Source: a virus
Taxonomy: Duplodnaviria > Caudoviricetes
Virus record (IMG/VR): IMGVR_UViG_3300032213_001563
Location: 1-61,519 of that record
DNA length: 61,519 bases
Reading direction: 5' to 3' (one strand)
In this document: positions 8,338 through 17,200 of the stretch, piece by piece
How positions within the stretch are numbered: the stretch's first letter is position 1
Layout of the letters: each line of letters begins with the position of its first letter
Made by a program: the position numbers and the translations under genes
The notes under the pieces: generated by a model
Databases searched by the model: none
What the model was told of the DNA's origin: nothing
What the model saw: only the letters and a program-made list of their open reading frames with translations

Positions 8338-8368
8338 GAGTCCTTAGAACCTGAGGTTCTAAGGACTC
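8338..8368. repeat. Early-region palindrome copy 9 (variant with 14-bp arms GAGTCCTTAGAACC-TGA-GGTTCTAAGGACTC)
   Basis: Same core arms, different loop, extended pairing. Confidence 0.93.
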
Positions 8369-8394
8369 TCGATCAACAACAACCCCACAAAAAT

Positions 8395-8688
8395 ATGAGC
8401 AAGTCAAAGTTCCCTGGCCTATTCGCGCCGCCTATCCCAACGATTGGATTCAATCACCTACCCTACGTAGATGCTAACGTGTTACACTTCCACCAACATG
8501 CTCTTATGCGGGGCGTTTGCGAGCTACTGATCCGCATTGGGGGTGACGCCATCGAAGAGAGCTTTGAGGAGGTGACGCCGACAACGCGTAAACTTCTCCA
8601 AGATCTACGCGATGCAGGCTATGCCTATGTCCGGTTCTCTACCGCCCATACAACCTACCCCGATATTTGGCCTGTCTTTTCTTGGTAG
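8395..8688 (+). CDS. Hypothetical protein
   Basis: ORF after palindrome and A/C leader. Confidence 0.7.
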   Translation: MSKSKFPGLFAPPIPTIGFNHLPYVDANVLHFHQHALMRGVCELLIRIGGDAIEESFEEVTPTTRKLLQDLRDAGYAYVRFSTAHTTYPDIWPVFSW

Positions 8689-8689
8689 T

Positions 8690-8720
8690 CCCCGCAACCC
8701 CGCAACCCCGCAACCCCGCA
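8690..8720. repeat. CCCCGCAA 8-bp tandem repeat (about 4 copies), intergenic
   Basis: Seen directly; CCCCGCAAC also follows palindromes 4, 5 and 7. Confidence 0.85.
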
Positions 8721-8725
8721 GCACT

Positions 8726-8917
8726 ATGGAACAAGAACCTACTAGAACCGAAATCACACGCAGCACGCATTTCATCCTGCCCAGCAATAACGATGTGTAC
8801 TCCATCGCCAAAGCCGCCACGAAGGGCATCATCTGGGGCATCGTTGAAACTGTAGCTACAGTAATCATCGTTGCCTATGTAACCAACTGGATACTCAACC
8901 ATGCCTTCGACTGGTAA
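8726..8917 (+). CDS. Small membrane protein
   Basis: Hydrophobic C-terminal segment GIIWGIVETVATVIIVAYV. Confidence 0.6.
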   Translation: MEQEPTRTEITRSTHFILPSNNDVYSIAKAATKGIIWGIVETVATVIIVAYVTNWILNHAFDW

Positions 8918-8964
8918 TCCCAAACCCCTCCACCGCTCCATCGCTACATCCCGCCAACCCTGCC

Positions 8965-9180
8965 ATGAAAACATCTGCCATCACCAAACTTATGGACCAG
9001 CTCGACCATCGAGCCGCTAACCTAGAACTCGAAGCCGTCGCGAAGCGTCATGCTTTGAAGGAGAGCGTCAAGGCTCGCGGTATCGCCGCCGCCAAGGAAG
9101 CCCGCGTTTGCCGGGCACGTATCCAGAACCTAGCCGCCCAACGCGCCGAGGCTCTGGGCAGAACCCTCAACCTGTGGTAA
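8965..9180 (+). CDS. Hypothetical coiled-coil protein
   Basis: ORF in operon. Confidence 0.6.
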   Translation: MKTSAITKLMDQLDHRAANLELEAVAKRHALKESVKARGIAAAKEARVCRARIQNLAAQRAEALGRTLNLW

Positions 9181-9183
9181 TTT

Positions 9184-9549
9184 ATGACACCAACCAAGAT
9201 ATACCCATACTCAACACCCGAGGGCATCTGCGAACTGGTGCCGCTAGAGGATTACGAGGCGCTTAAAAAGGCATACGCCGCCATGCGCGAGGAACTTGAA
9301 GACTGGCGCGACGCCGCCAAAGGAGCTGAAAGTAGTCATGCAGATGAAGTGCATTGTTCTTGCGTCCCGCTGCTGCACAAGCTGCTCAAGGATGAGCGAG
9401 CAAACAATGCCACCATGCGCGAGGCTATCAGGGAGGCGCGTGAGGTTATAGGATACATACTCGACGACTCTGTAACATTTCTGAGAAACACCAATATCGA
9501 GAGGGCTCAATCCACCCTAACCAAACTCCAACCCTACACCACCCCATGA
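9184..9549 (+). CDS. Hypothetical coiled-coil protein
   Basis: ORF in operon, ATGA overlap downstream. Confidence 0.65.
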   Translation: MTPTKIYPYSTPEGICELVPLEDYEALKKAYAAMREELEDWRDAAKGAESSHADEVHCSCVPLLHKLLKDERANNATMREAIREAREVIGYILDDSVTFLRNTNIERAQSTLTKLQPYTTP

Positions 9550-9743
9550 ATAATACAGCAACATCACAACGAGGCGGTCCACGCATCGCCCCCGAACCAG
9601 ATCGCCGCGCCAAGGTAATGAAGGTAAAGCGAATCCTTGACGAAGGATACGGCATCGAACTCGCCTGTAAGCGAGCACGAACAACCAGCGCGACCATCCG
9701 TAGCTGGGCCAAAGATCTAAACATCAAACTAAGGACGCTATGA
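9546..9743 (+). CDS. Small helix-turn-helix DNA-binding protein
   Basis: GYGIELACKRARTTSATIRSW, an HTH-like pattern. Confidence 0.55.
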   Translation: MNNTATSQRGGPRIAPEPDRRAKVMKVKRILDEGYGIELACKRARTTSATIRSWAKDLNIKLRTL

Positions 9744-10249
9744 TAATCCGACTTAACACACCTCCACTCCCACGTGACTGGTCAACAATGGCCGGTTCCG
9801 AGAAACTCCTTCTCCAGACTGACATCGCCGTGTCACCCTCGTCAACACTCCGCGCCAAGACGCTGCTGTTCGAGAACCTTGACGGCATGAACCGCTTCTG
9901 GCGGTTGGCCCTGGAGCGCCCGCCCTTATCCAAGGATACAATGGCCGTGTGTAATCCACTGACGGTTGAGGTTCACTTTAGTAAGGTGAAGGGTAAACCA
10001 CAGAGGCAGCCCGAGTTGCGCGTCGATCCGAGATACTTCTGTGTGATTGGCCTCGTCAATGAGCACCTATCCCGTGAGTTCATCGTCCACGAATCCGTCC
10101 ACGCAGCGTTCGCTTATAGCCGCCGCGTGCGTGGCAAGCACCGTTGGTTAGATGATGACAAGGATGGAGATGAGCGTATCTGCTACCCAGCCGGGCGCAT
10201 AGCTTCTGACATCATAGGCGCATTCCGCAAGAAAGGATTCTTATCGTGA
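9740..10249 (+). CDS. HExxH metallopeptidase-like protein
   Basis: FIVHESVHAA and downstream DERICY. Confidence 0.6.
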   Translation: MIIRLNTPPLPRDWSTMAGSEKLLLQTDIAVSPSSTLRAKTLLFENLDGMNRFWRLALERPPLSKDTMAVCNPLTVEVHFSKVKGKPQRQPELRVDPRYFCVIGLVNEHLSREFIVHESVHAAFAYSRRVRGKHRWLDDDKDGDERICYPAGRIASDIIGAFRKKGFLS

Positions 10250-10626
10250 CCGCACCTATCTACGCCCCCGGACTCCGGGTATTCCTCAGTAAAGGTCCAC
10301 TAATTCCAGGCGTCATCTTGCCACCTGCTGCGGATACGCCTCCAGGATTTAGGCTCGTGCAGCTAGAGACCGAGACAGATCCCGCTGAGTTCCGCACGCC
10401 GGAGCTCATCGCGGCTACGCTTACTCCTGGCAGGCGCGTGTTCCGTAGCGGTGAGACGCCCCATCGTTATGGCACTATCCCTCCCGCTGGTCAGTTCCCC
10501 CGCAATCTTGTCAAAGCTAGGATGCAGCGGGAAGAAGACAGCGTCATTGTGCGCTGGGACAACGGAGAGTTCGAGCTTGTAGCAAAGGCTAATCTCACAC
10601 CCATCGTCTACAAGATTGACGCATGA
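10246..10626 (+). CDS. Hypothetical protein (possibly SH3-like repeats)
   Basis: GTG start overlapping the previous stop; PGLRV / PGRRV and VIVRWDNG. Confidence 0.55.
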   Translation: MTAPIYAPGLRVFLSKGPLIPGVILPPAADTPPGFRLVQLETETDPAEFRTPELIAATLTPGRRVFRSGETPHRYGTIPPAGQFPRNLVKARMQREEDSVIVRWDNGEFELVAKANLTPIVYKIDA

Positions 10627-10841
10627 AGCCAACACTAGAACAGATCAACTACTTGTATCCTAAGGGGGTTACATGGTATGTCTGGAAGCACTACTACTCG
10701 GGAAAGTTGCGCGCTCAGTTCCGCCCTATCGGAGCCAAGCCATACTCACCTGGAAAAGCTTGGACCCTTGTCCGAGCAGAACCTCACGACCCAAAGCTAT
10801 GCAAAAGAAGATTACTCTCACGTCTATTCGCCGACATATAA
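10623..10841 (+). CDS. Hypothetical protein
   Basis: ATGA-coupled ORF. Confidence 0.5.
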   Translation: MKPTLEQINYLYPKGVTWYVWKHYYSGKLRAQFRPIGAKPYSPGKAWTLVRAEPHDPKLCKRRLLSRLFADI

Positions 10842-10978
10842 AAGTAAACCTGACCCCTATCCAAGTTTGGCAGGTCGCTACCTTCATACTCGCATGGTCC
10901 TTCATCGGATTCTTCCCGGCTATATTGATCTACCTCGTACTCAGCATCATCGAAATCATCATTGTTTGCGCCGACTAA
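10799..10978 (+). CDS. Small membrane protein
   Basis: Basic N-terminus then a long hydrophobic stretch. Confidence 0.45.
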   Translation: MQKKITLTSIRRHIKVNLTPIQVWQVATFILAWSFIGFFPAILIYLVLSIIEIIIVCAD

Positions 10979-11062
10979 AAAATCATTTGTGCTACCAAGA
11001 TTGTAGTATAAAACCACCGACCTAGACAGATGCGTCTAGTAACCCGTAAACCCATCACCACT

Positions 11063-11335
11063 ATGCCGATAATCGAAATACCATCCGACGACATCATCCT
11101 TGACAAGGAACTCCGCCGCGACATTGACGCCATCACCCAACGCCTCAAGTCTGCCAAGCCAAGCCGCGAACGCAGCATCACCATTACCAAGTTACAAGAG
11201 GCGGTGATGTGGCTGGGTATGGATCTCAAGCGCATCAACGAAGAGAATCCAGGAGCCTCCCCAAATCCATATCCGAACTCCAAAGATCCGAGCAATACGA
11301 AGATCGAGCCAACCGCTGACGGGCTGAAGCTCTGA
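11063..11335 (+). CDS. Acb2/Tad1-like helical-hairpin protein (putative immune-signal sponge)
   Basis: SRERSITITKLQEAVMWLG matches the family signature (S-R-E-x-S-[LI]-x-x-T-K-[LI]-[QE]-E-A-x-M-W); about 90 aa. Confidence 0.65.
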   Translation: MPIIEIPSDDIILDKELRRDIDAITQRLKSAKPSRERSITITKLQEAVMWLGMDLKRINEENPGASPNPYPNSKDPSNTKIEPTADGLKL

Positions 11336-11343
11336 ACCAATTC

Positions 11344-11450
11344 GAGCGCGTGCTGGAATCAGGTAAACAGTGCTGTTAGCTCGGCGGGATAGCGTTTTAA
11401 TGGCTAACAAAGTAACTCCCTTGCAGGTTCGAGTCCTGCCGCGCTCACCA
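11344..11450 (+). tRNA. Atypical 107-nt tRNA-like gene (Leu-like D-arm and A discriminator; irregular anticodon/variable region)
   Basis: Acceptor stem GAGCGCG/CGCGCTC, encoded ACCA end, D-arm CTG-GAATCAGGTAAA-CAG, T-arm GCAGG-TTCGAGT-CCTGC. Confidence 0.75.
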
Positions 11451-11476
11451 AAACAACCCCCCCCCCAGCAACCCCG

Positions 11477-11647
11477 ATGCCCGACTCCCCTTATACCGAG
11501 CCTGAGAAAAACGCGATGAATCACATTGCCAAGATGTGCTCCTCGTGTCATAAAGCCGCCGCTTCCTACCTTGCGCTAATGCGCGCCGTCAAACTTCGCC
11601 TCGAACTCGAAGGCTATACACCACCAACAAAACCCAAAACCAAGTAA
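11477..11647 (+). CDS. Small hypothetical protein (56 aa), below the ORF-track cutoff
   Basis: Translated by hand: MPDSPYTEPEKNAMNHIAKMCSSCHK...; stop 3 nt before the next ATG. Confidence 0.55.
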   Translation: MPDSPYTEPEKNAMNHIAKMCSSCHKAAASYLALMRAVKLRLELEGYTPPTKPKTK

Positions 11648-11650
11648 CCC

Positions 11651-11878
11651 ATGAGCAGAAATAAACTAAAGCGCCGTTCCAACCACTTCTTCACACGAGC
11701 AAGGCTCTTCGCCTATGCGGCAGAACTGGATAGACAAGGCGAGTTTTCCCAAGCCATAGCTGTCAGATCTCGCGTTGCCCCAGACGGGTCTCGCCTTCCC
11801 AGCCTAAGCCAACCACAGAAAAGGAAAAACCGTCGCCGGGCTTTCGCCGCCGGAGACCCCCTTGCCTTCTCCCGATGA
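11651..11878 (+). CDS. Basic hypothetical protein
   Basis: ORF in operon. Confidence 0.55.
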   Translation: MSRNKLKRRSNHFFTRARLFAYAAELDRQGEFSQAIAVRSRVAPDGSRLPSLSQPQKRKNRRRAFAAGDPLAFSR

Positions 11879-12108
11879 ACCGTGACACATTCGCTTACTG
11901 GCGACGTACCCCCTCAGTAATGTGCCCGCTGGTTATCAATCCAGGCCAGCCATCTGAGTGCCGCCTTGTCGCCCGTGGCAAGCACGTTCACATTTACCAC
12001 TACACGAGACTTGATAATCCCAAGCGTTCGCGTAAAGCCCATCTGGCTCGACCCACGAGCAAGCCTCACCGGGAGGAACCCGGTAATCAACCCAACTCCA
12101 TACCTACT

Positions 12109-12237
12109 ATGAAGACCCCAATGAAAGGCGCTGCTAAAAGTGCTGCCACAAAGGGCGCTGCTAAAGGTGCTATGAAGGGCGCGGCTACCAAAGTAGCTAA
12201 GTCCGCCATGGCTTCCAAAGGCTACGCCAAGAAGTAA
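12109..12237 (+). CDS. Small Lys/Ala-rich histone-H1-like peptide (42 aa)
   Basis: MKTPMKGAAKSAATKGAAKGAMKGAATKVAK...; A/C leader; terminator follows. Confidence 0.55.
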   Translation: MKTPMKGAAKSAATKGAAKGAMKGAATKVAKSAMASKGYAKK

Positions 12238-12263
12238 TCAGATAACCCTGACACATACTTCAC

Positions 12264-12300
12264 AAGCCCTCGATTGCCCCCGCAGTCGGGGGCTTTTTGT
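12264..12300 (+). terminator. Intrinsic terminator
   Basis: AAGCCCTCGATTGC-CCCC-GCAGTCGGGGGCTT stem followed by TTTGT. Confidence 0.75.
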
Positions 12301-12346
12301 GTTTAGGAACCTTGACGCCCTGCAACCCTGAAGCATGGTTGCCTGC

Positions 12347-12838
12347 ATGATCATCTCCGATAAAACAAAAGCTATCATCAAGAACCTCTTTGAATCTGGT
12401 CAGTCGCTCCAAGACATCGCCGAAGCCAGCGGGGTCCCCGTCAATGAAGTCAAAGTTCTACGAGCCAAAGGTAGGTGGACGCGGAAGCCGAAGAAGCAAC
12501 TCGCTATGGCTGAAGCGCAGCTCGTCAAAGATGACGCAGAAGCCGCTGACATTCTCGCCGCCGCTGACGAAGCTCTACATGCTAACCCAGGCAAGCGACA
12601 CTCTGCTATGGTGTTCAAGCGAGTTCACGCAGCCCTTGCAGGATTGAAGACGTTGCCGCCGCTTAAGACCTGGAAGGATATCGAGATGGCTGACAAGATC
12701 GCACGTCGTGCTGCGGGCCTTGATCGTGAGGGATCAGGAAGCGGCACCGTCATTAACCTCGGCATCATTGCTGGAGGGTATAAGCCGAAGCTAGCGCCAT
12801 CGAAGAAAGTGGTTGATCTGCGGGATGTGGGAGAGTAA
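12347..12838 (+). CDS. HTH protein, candidate terminase small subunit
   Basis: N-terminal HTH (LFESGQSLQDIAEASGVPVNEVKVLRAKGRW), helical middle, C-terminal TVINLGII strand; no other TerS candidate next to terL. Confidence 0.45.
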   Translation: MIISDKTKAIIKNLFESGQSLQDIAEASGVPVNEVKVLRAKGRWTRKPKKQLAMAEAQLVKDDAEAADILAAADEALHANPGKRHSAMVFKRVHAALAGLKTLPPLKTWKDIEMADKIARRAAGLDREGSGSGTVINLGIIAGGYKPKLAPSKKVVDLRDVGE

Positions 12839-12863
12839 CACGCAAGCTCTTTCCAACAAAAAT

Positions 12864-13340
12864 ATGTACCCAGAATTAGACCTTGACGCCCCCTTTGACG
12901 AGTTCGTCAAACAACTTCAGAACAACCCTTGGACGCCCGTTGAGTTAATCAAAGCCCGCGACGGATTGCAACAGCGCATCGCCCAGATTATGCGCCAGAT
13001 CGCTACCGCAGATGAAGGTCGTGGGCCATCCTGGAGAACCTCGGTGGAGACCGCGAAGAGATACTTCAAGAAGAAACTCCAGAAGGTCATGGAAGTTCTT
13101 GAGGCAGGGCCAACAGAAGCAGCCCGCAAGAAACCGAGCGGTCATGGATTTCTCCTGACGTTCATCATTGACGGCCAGCATCATGTGATGGCTTCCAAAA
13201 AGAATCCGTCAGACTTGTGGGCCGAGCTTATCGCTGACGCTACGCCAGATAGCTCGCCGCCTGCGCTGGTCGCTTTCCTCAACTTGTCTGAGGAGTCCGC
13301 CAAGAAAGTGCCCGAGCACCTGTGGATCGACGACCTATGA
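12864..13340 (+). CDS. Hypothetical protein
   Basis: Last + strand gene; its stop overlaps that of the converging late operon. Confidence 0.65.
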   Translation: MYPELDLDAPFDEFVKQLQNNPWTPVELIKARDGLQQRIAQIMRQIATADEGRGPSWRTSVETAKRYFKKKLQKVMEVLEAGPTEAARKKPSGHGFLLTFIIDGQHHVMASKKNPSDLWAELIADATPDSSPPALVAFLNLSEESAKKVPEHLWIDDL

Positions 13341-13682
13341 TTTCTTGCGCAGCGGGCTGACTCGATCGCCCATGCCAACGCGAGATTTCTCTGACATCTT
13401 TGACGCCAGCTCCGATCTGGTCAGTTCCTTGCTGGTCTTCGGCGTGTCTTTAGATACGCGCTTTGTGGGACGACAGTATTCATTCTTGCCGCCGCCCCCG
13501 CATGGTTTGCCGGTGCGCTGGTCAACCCACTTCTCTTGCTCCCACCGTTTCAGGGACGAACCCTTCTCACCCTTGCGGACATTGCCGGATTCCTTCCGGC
13601 ACTTGGCGATGGCTTGGCTTGCCCGAGCTGATGGGAAGATGTCATACGCTGCCTTGGCGTGGTAGTAGCACTTGTCTTTCAT
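13335..13682 (-). CDS. Small basic conserved viral protein
   Basis: FPSARAS...LKRWEQEKWVD...GKPCG...YCRPTKRVSKDTPKT, a pattern recalled from cyanophage/giant-virus hypotheticals. Confidence 0.7.
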   Translation of the reverse strand: MKDKCYYHAKAAYDIFPSARASQAIAKCRKESGNVRKGEKGSSLKRWEQEKWVDQRTGKPCGGGGKNEYCRPTKRVSKDTPKTSKELTRSELASKMSEKSRVGMGDRVSPLRKKS

Positions 13683-13687
13683 AGTCG

Positions 13688-14278
13688 TCAGGGGTTACGT
13701 TCTTTCGTCATCCAGCACCATTCGGGATAAACAACGTCGTCTTCCTCATAAGACTGCTTCGGCAACTGGACCTTGAGGTTTAGACGGCAACCACATTGCG
13801 AGCAGTTATGCAACCTAGCCGCAGCATCAGGGACACGGGCGGCGGGGAGGATGCCATCCATGGCAACAACCTCGCCCAGGCGCGCATCGCATGAAGCGCA
13901 CCCACCAGCCCTGACATTGCGTGGGCAGGTAGCGCAGATCTCAGCGCGTTTATTGACGAGTTCCATGGGGGCGAGGTTCGCCCCGCCGAGAATCCAGTTC
14001 TTTGCTGTAGTGAAGAAGCGCCCGAGGGTTTCAAAAGTAACACCGACCACAGCGGTCGATGTTGAACTATCACAGTAAGGAGGCTTCAGCCCCATCTGTT
14101 CGCAGATAGAGTGCTCGATCTGTTCGTTCGTCATAGGCTCCCTACCATTTAAGGAGAGGAACCCACGGACGGCGGTGATGAGTTTGCTGGCGGAGAAATT
14201 GGCGATGTAGCTTCCCGTCACCGGGTCGCGCCAGCGCCATTTTCCATTCGGGGTTGAGGCATTGTGGTTGATCTTCAT
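13688..14278 (-). CDS. Cys-rich (Zn-binding) hypothetical protein
   Basis: RAEICATCPRN...CASC...CSQCGC. Confidence 0.7.
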   Translation of the reverse strand: MKINHNASTPNGKWRWRDPVTGSYIANFSASKLITAVRGFLSLNGREPMTNEQIEHSICEQMGLKPPYCDSSTSTAVVGVTFETLGRFFTTAKNWILGGANLAPMELVNKRAEICATCPRNVRAGGCASCDARLGEVVAMDGILPAARVPDAAARLHNCSQCGCRLNLKVQLPKQSYEEDDVVYPEWCWMTKERNP

Positions 14279-17200
14279 TTTTCTTCCCAGTGTGGTGCGA
14301 TTTCTCGGGCGTAGATTCTCTCTTGGATGACGCTCTGCACGTACTCTTTCGCGTCCTCGGAGATTTTCTTTACTTCTTTCTGCGCGGCTTCGCGGCCTTC
14401 ATTGCCCTCAGCAGCTAGATCTGTCAGGGCTTTGATGGTGTCTGGAGGCAGCATCATTGTGACCTGCTCACCGAATAAGCGTAGCGCATCAATCTCGACC
14501 TCGGGAGGGAAGCTTGACAGAAGTCCGCCTTCCTCGTCGATCTCGTCAGACCCTTTCACGTAAGTCTTGAACCTCATATCGCTTCCCTTCGGAGGCGACA
14601 GGAACAAACCGGCACTGACCAGCGGCGTCATTACAGGATCGTATCCATCATCAGCTGTCATTGGCAGGATACGTTTGGTCATAGGGGCGTACCAGAAGTT
14701 CGTCACCGGACGACCCATACTATTGACCATGTTCGGACGGCCCAGGCTTTCGCCGTAGAACTCGTTTGCGGGCAGCGTGCTGATGAGCGCGGTAGCCAGA
14801 CCACGAGCGTCAAGCGAGTGACGGGTATCTGGCAGTGCATATTCCCCGCCATCCAACAGCCCGCTGGCCATACTTGCTACGTTACCTACAAGACGTGGGT
14901 TGGTTGCACCAGCGACAAAGTTGACCCCCATATCTACCAAGTTGCGGGCGGAGGTCGCCTCTGCTTGTGGGTTGTCGCTGAGTATCTCGCCAACTTGCGC
15001 GAGTCCCTGGAGGGAGTTCTTCACCGTGACAGCTTTGATGAACGCCACCGAAGCGTTTATGGAACTTTCAAGCGCACGGATTTTTGTGGGGTCTTTCTGA
15101 CTACTGACCATCCTATCATCCGTGAGCGCGGCGAGCGCCCCGAAGAATAGGTTGAAGCCAGGAATGTCTTTCCACGATATGTAAGCATCGCCCATCTTGA
15201 GCGTATAGGGAGCCCACCTTGGTTGGCGGTAGCGAAGCTGACGATTGCGCTCAGAGTCTGGGTAGCCCTTACCGTAAACCATGAGCCACGGAACGCGCCC
15301 CTCCATCTCGTCTTCAAGACCTGCTTTATAGAAAGCCCCGAGCGTCAACTGTGTTGCCAAAGCAAAGAATCCCTGAGCAAGGAGCTTGTATTGATTGATA
15401 GACCCAGACTCAACTCGTGCCCTACGGTAGTTATTATCTTCACTGAAGAACCAGCTTGACGGGCTTGCATTGAATGCGCGCCCAAAGGATACAAGACCCA
15501 GCGGGAAGCTCAATGCCAGCGAGAAGTCCATCAAGTTACCCATTGATCGGGTGAAGGATACGACCACTGAAGACAGCCCTCCTGTCTTGCGTTCAACCCA
15601 TCCGAGGATTCCGTCAAAAAGCCATCCAGATAGGCCCGTCGGATTATTGCTCAGATTGGCAAACCGAGCAGACTCCCGACTCGCGTCCATGAAGTTCTCT
15701 TTTGCTGTCGCGTCAAGGTCGATGGCCAGTTCATTGTAGAGACGTTCGCGGCGCTGCTCAAGTAGCTGCGCTCTGCGGGACTTCATCGCTAGATCAGGAC
15801 GTGGGCTGTTGCGGAACTGCTCACGTTCAGACGCTAGAATCATCTCGATCTCACGGGCTGCTGCCTCGTCAGGGGTAAAGGACTCGCGCATGATCTTCTT
15901 CATCGTCGCTTGGTCTGCGCCGTTCATTGTCAAGACATAGTTAATGGCCAGACGTTGACGAGCGATAGAGGATGGGACCGATACGGTCGCATCTATGACC
16001 GCCCCGATTCTCCCAAGCAATTTGTAGAAGTTCTTTTTCGCAGTCATCAGCGACTTGATGAACGGCAGGTCGATCACAGGGATGTCGCGCTCCAAGATTA
16101 GCAAACTCTCACTTGCTTCGGAGGCAAAGCGGGAACGCCCGGTTCGTGCGGCCCTGTTCATTTCGTTCCAAACCTCAGGGCGAGCCACCGGATCGAGGAC
16201 CCATGTAGCGGCTTTCATCATAGTGAGCAGATTGCTAGCTGCGAGGCGAGGGTCTTTTGCTTTGACGGCGTAGGCAACGCTGTTGAACCCGAGGTCCATA
16301 AGCGTCTGCACCATACCGTAACCAGCGTTGACCTCGGCGGTGCCGAATCCGCTTAGCACTCCAGACTTCCACATTGCCACCGGGATAGCGGCTAAGTATG
16401 TGGACCTGAGCGTGCCGCTCTTAACGAGTGACTTGAATCCATACGCGGCGATGAGCGACTTGTGGAGTTCACTGACAACCCGAGCATTCAATTCCTGGAC
16501 GGCGTCATTGCGCTGCACGGAACCAAGCGGCATCGACATGATGCGGTTTGCTTCACGGTCTAGCTCGTCAGCTATGACGGGATCATACGATGGTAGCCCG
16601 AACTCCACAGCCATAGCGTTGTAGAACTCTTCTTGACGGAGCCCACCGAGGCGGGCGAGGCGCAAGAATTTCTCACTGCGGGAGAAACGTTTCGTATTAT
16701 CACGCTCAGCGAAGTCTGACCGGCTCCTTGCGTAGCTAACCAGCGTGCGTTGGATGCGGCGGTTAAGCTCAGCTTCGTAGGCGGTTTTGAAAGCCTCCGC
16801 CACCTTGCGGGATTGCTCCTCGTTGAGCCCTGCGGTGCTGGAGATCATCCCCGCTAGGTTTGCTACGGTTGCATTTCTTTCTGTGATGGACAGGTAGATT
16901 TGCTCACGCATGTCGATCGACTTGCGCACAATGTTGGCAGCCATGCTTAGCGGAACGAGGTCAAACTCCATGGCCTCGATAGCTGCTTTGGCAGCTTCGT
17001 ATTGTTTCAGGGCTTCGGGGGATGCGTCCTTCGGAGCGGCGAGGCTGGCGAGAAGCTTTGCCTTGCTCTTGTTGAGGGCATCTTCCACGCTCGGAGCGAA
17101 CTCAGTAATGGATGCTGCCAACTCACGGATGGAGCGTTTCAGCGCCTCCTTCTTGGCTGCTTCCTGTTGTGCGGGCGTTAGCTCTGGGGACGGCGGCTCG

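Noticed and set aside
263-8368. Early palindrome as a LexA/SOS box or intrinsic terminator
   Set aside because: GAAC and GTTC are 5-6 nt apart and variable, not the fixed N4 of the Gram-positive box; no U-tract follows the stems
11537-11551. CSSCH as a cytochrome c haem-binding motif in the 56-aa ORF
   Set aside because: No export signal, tiny protein; likely chance or simple metal binding
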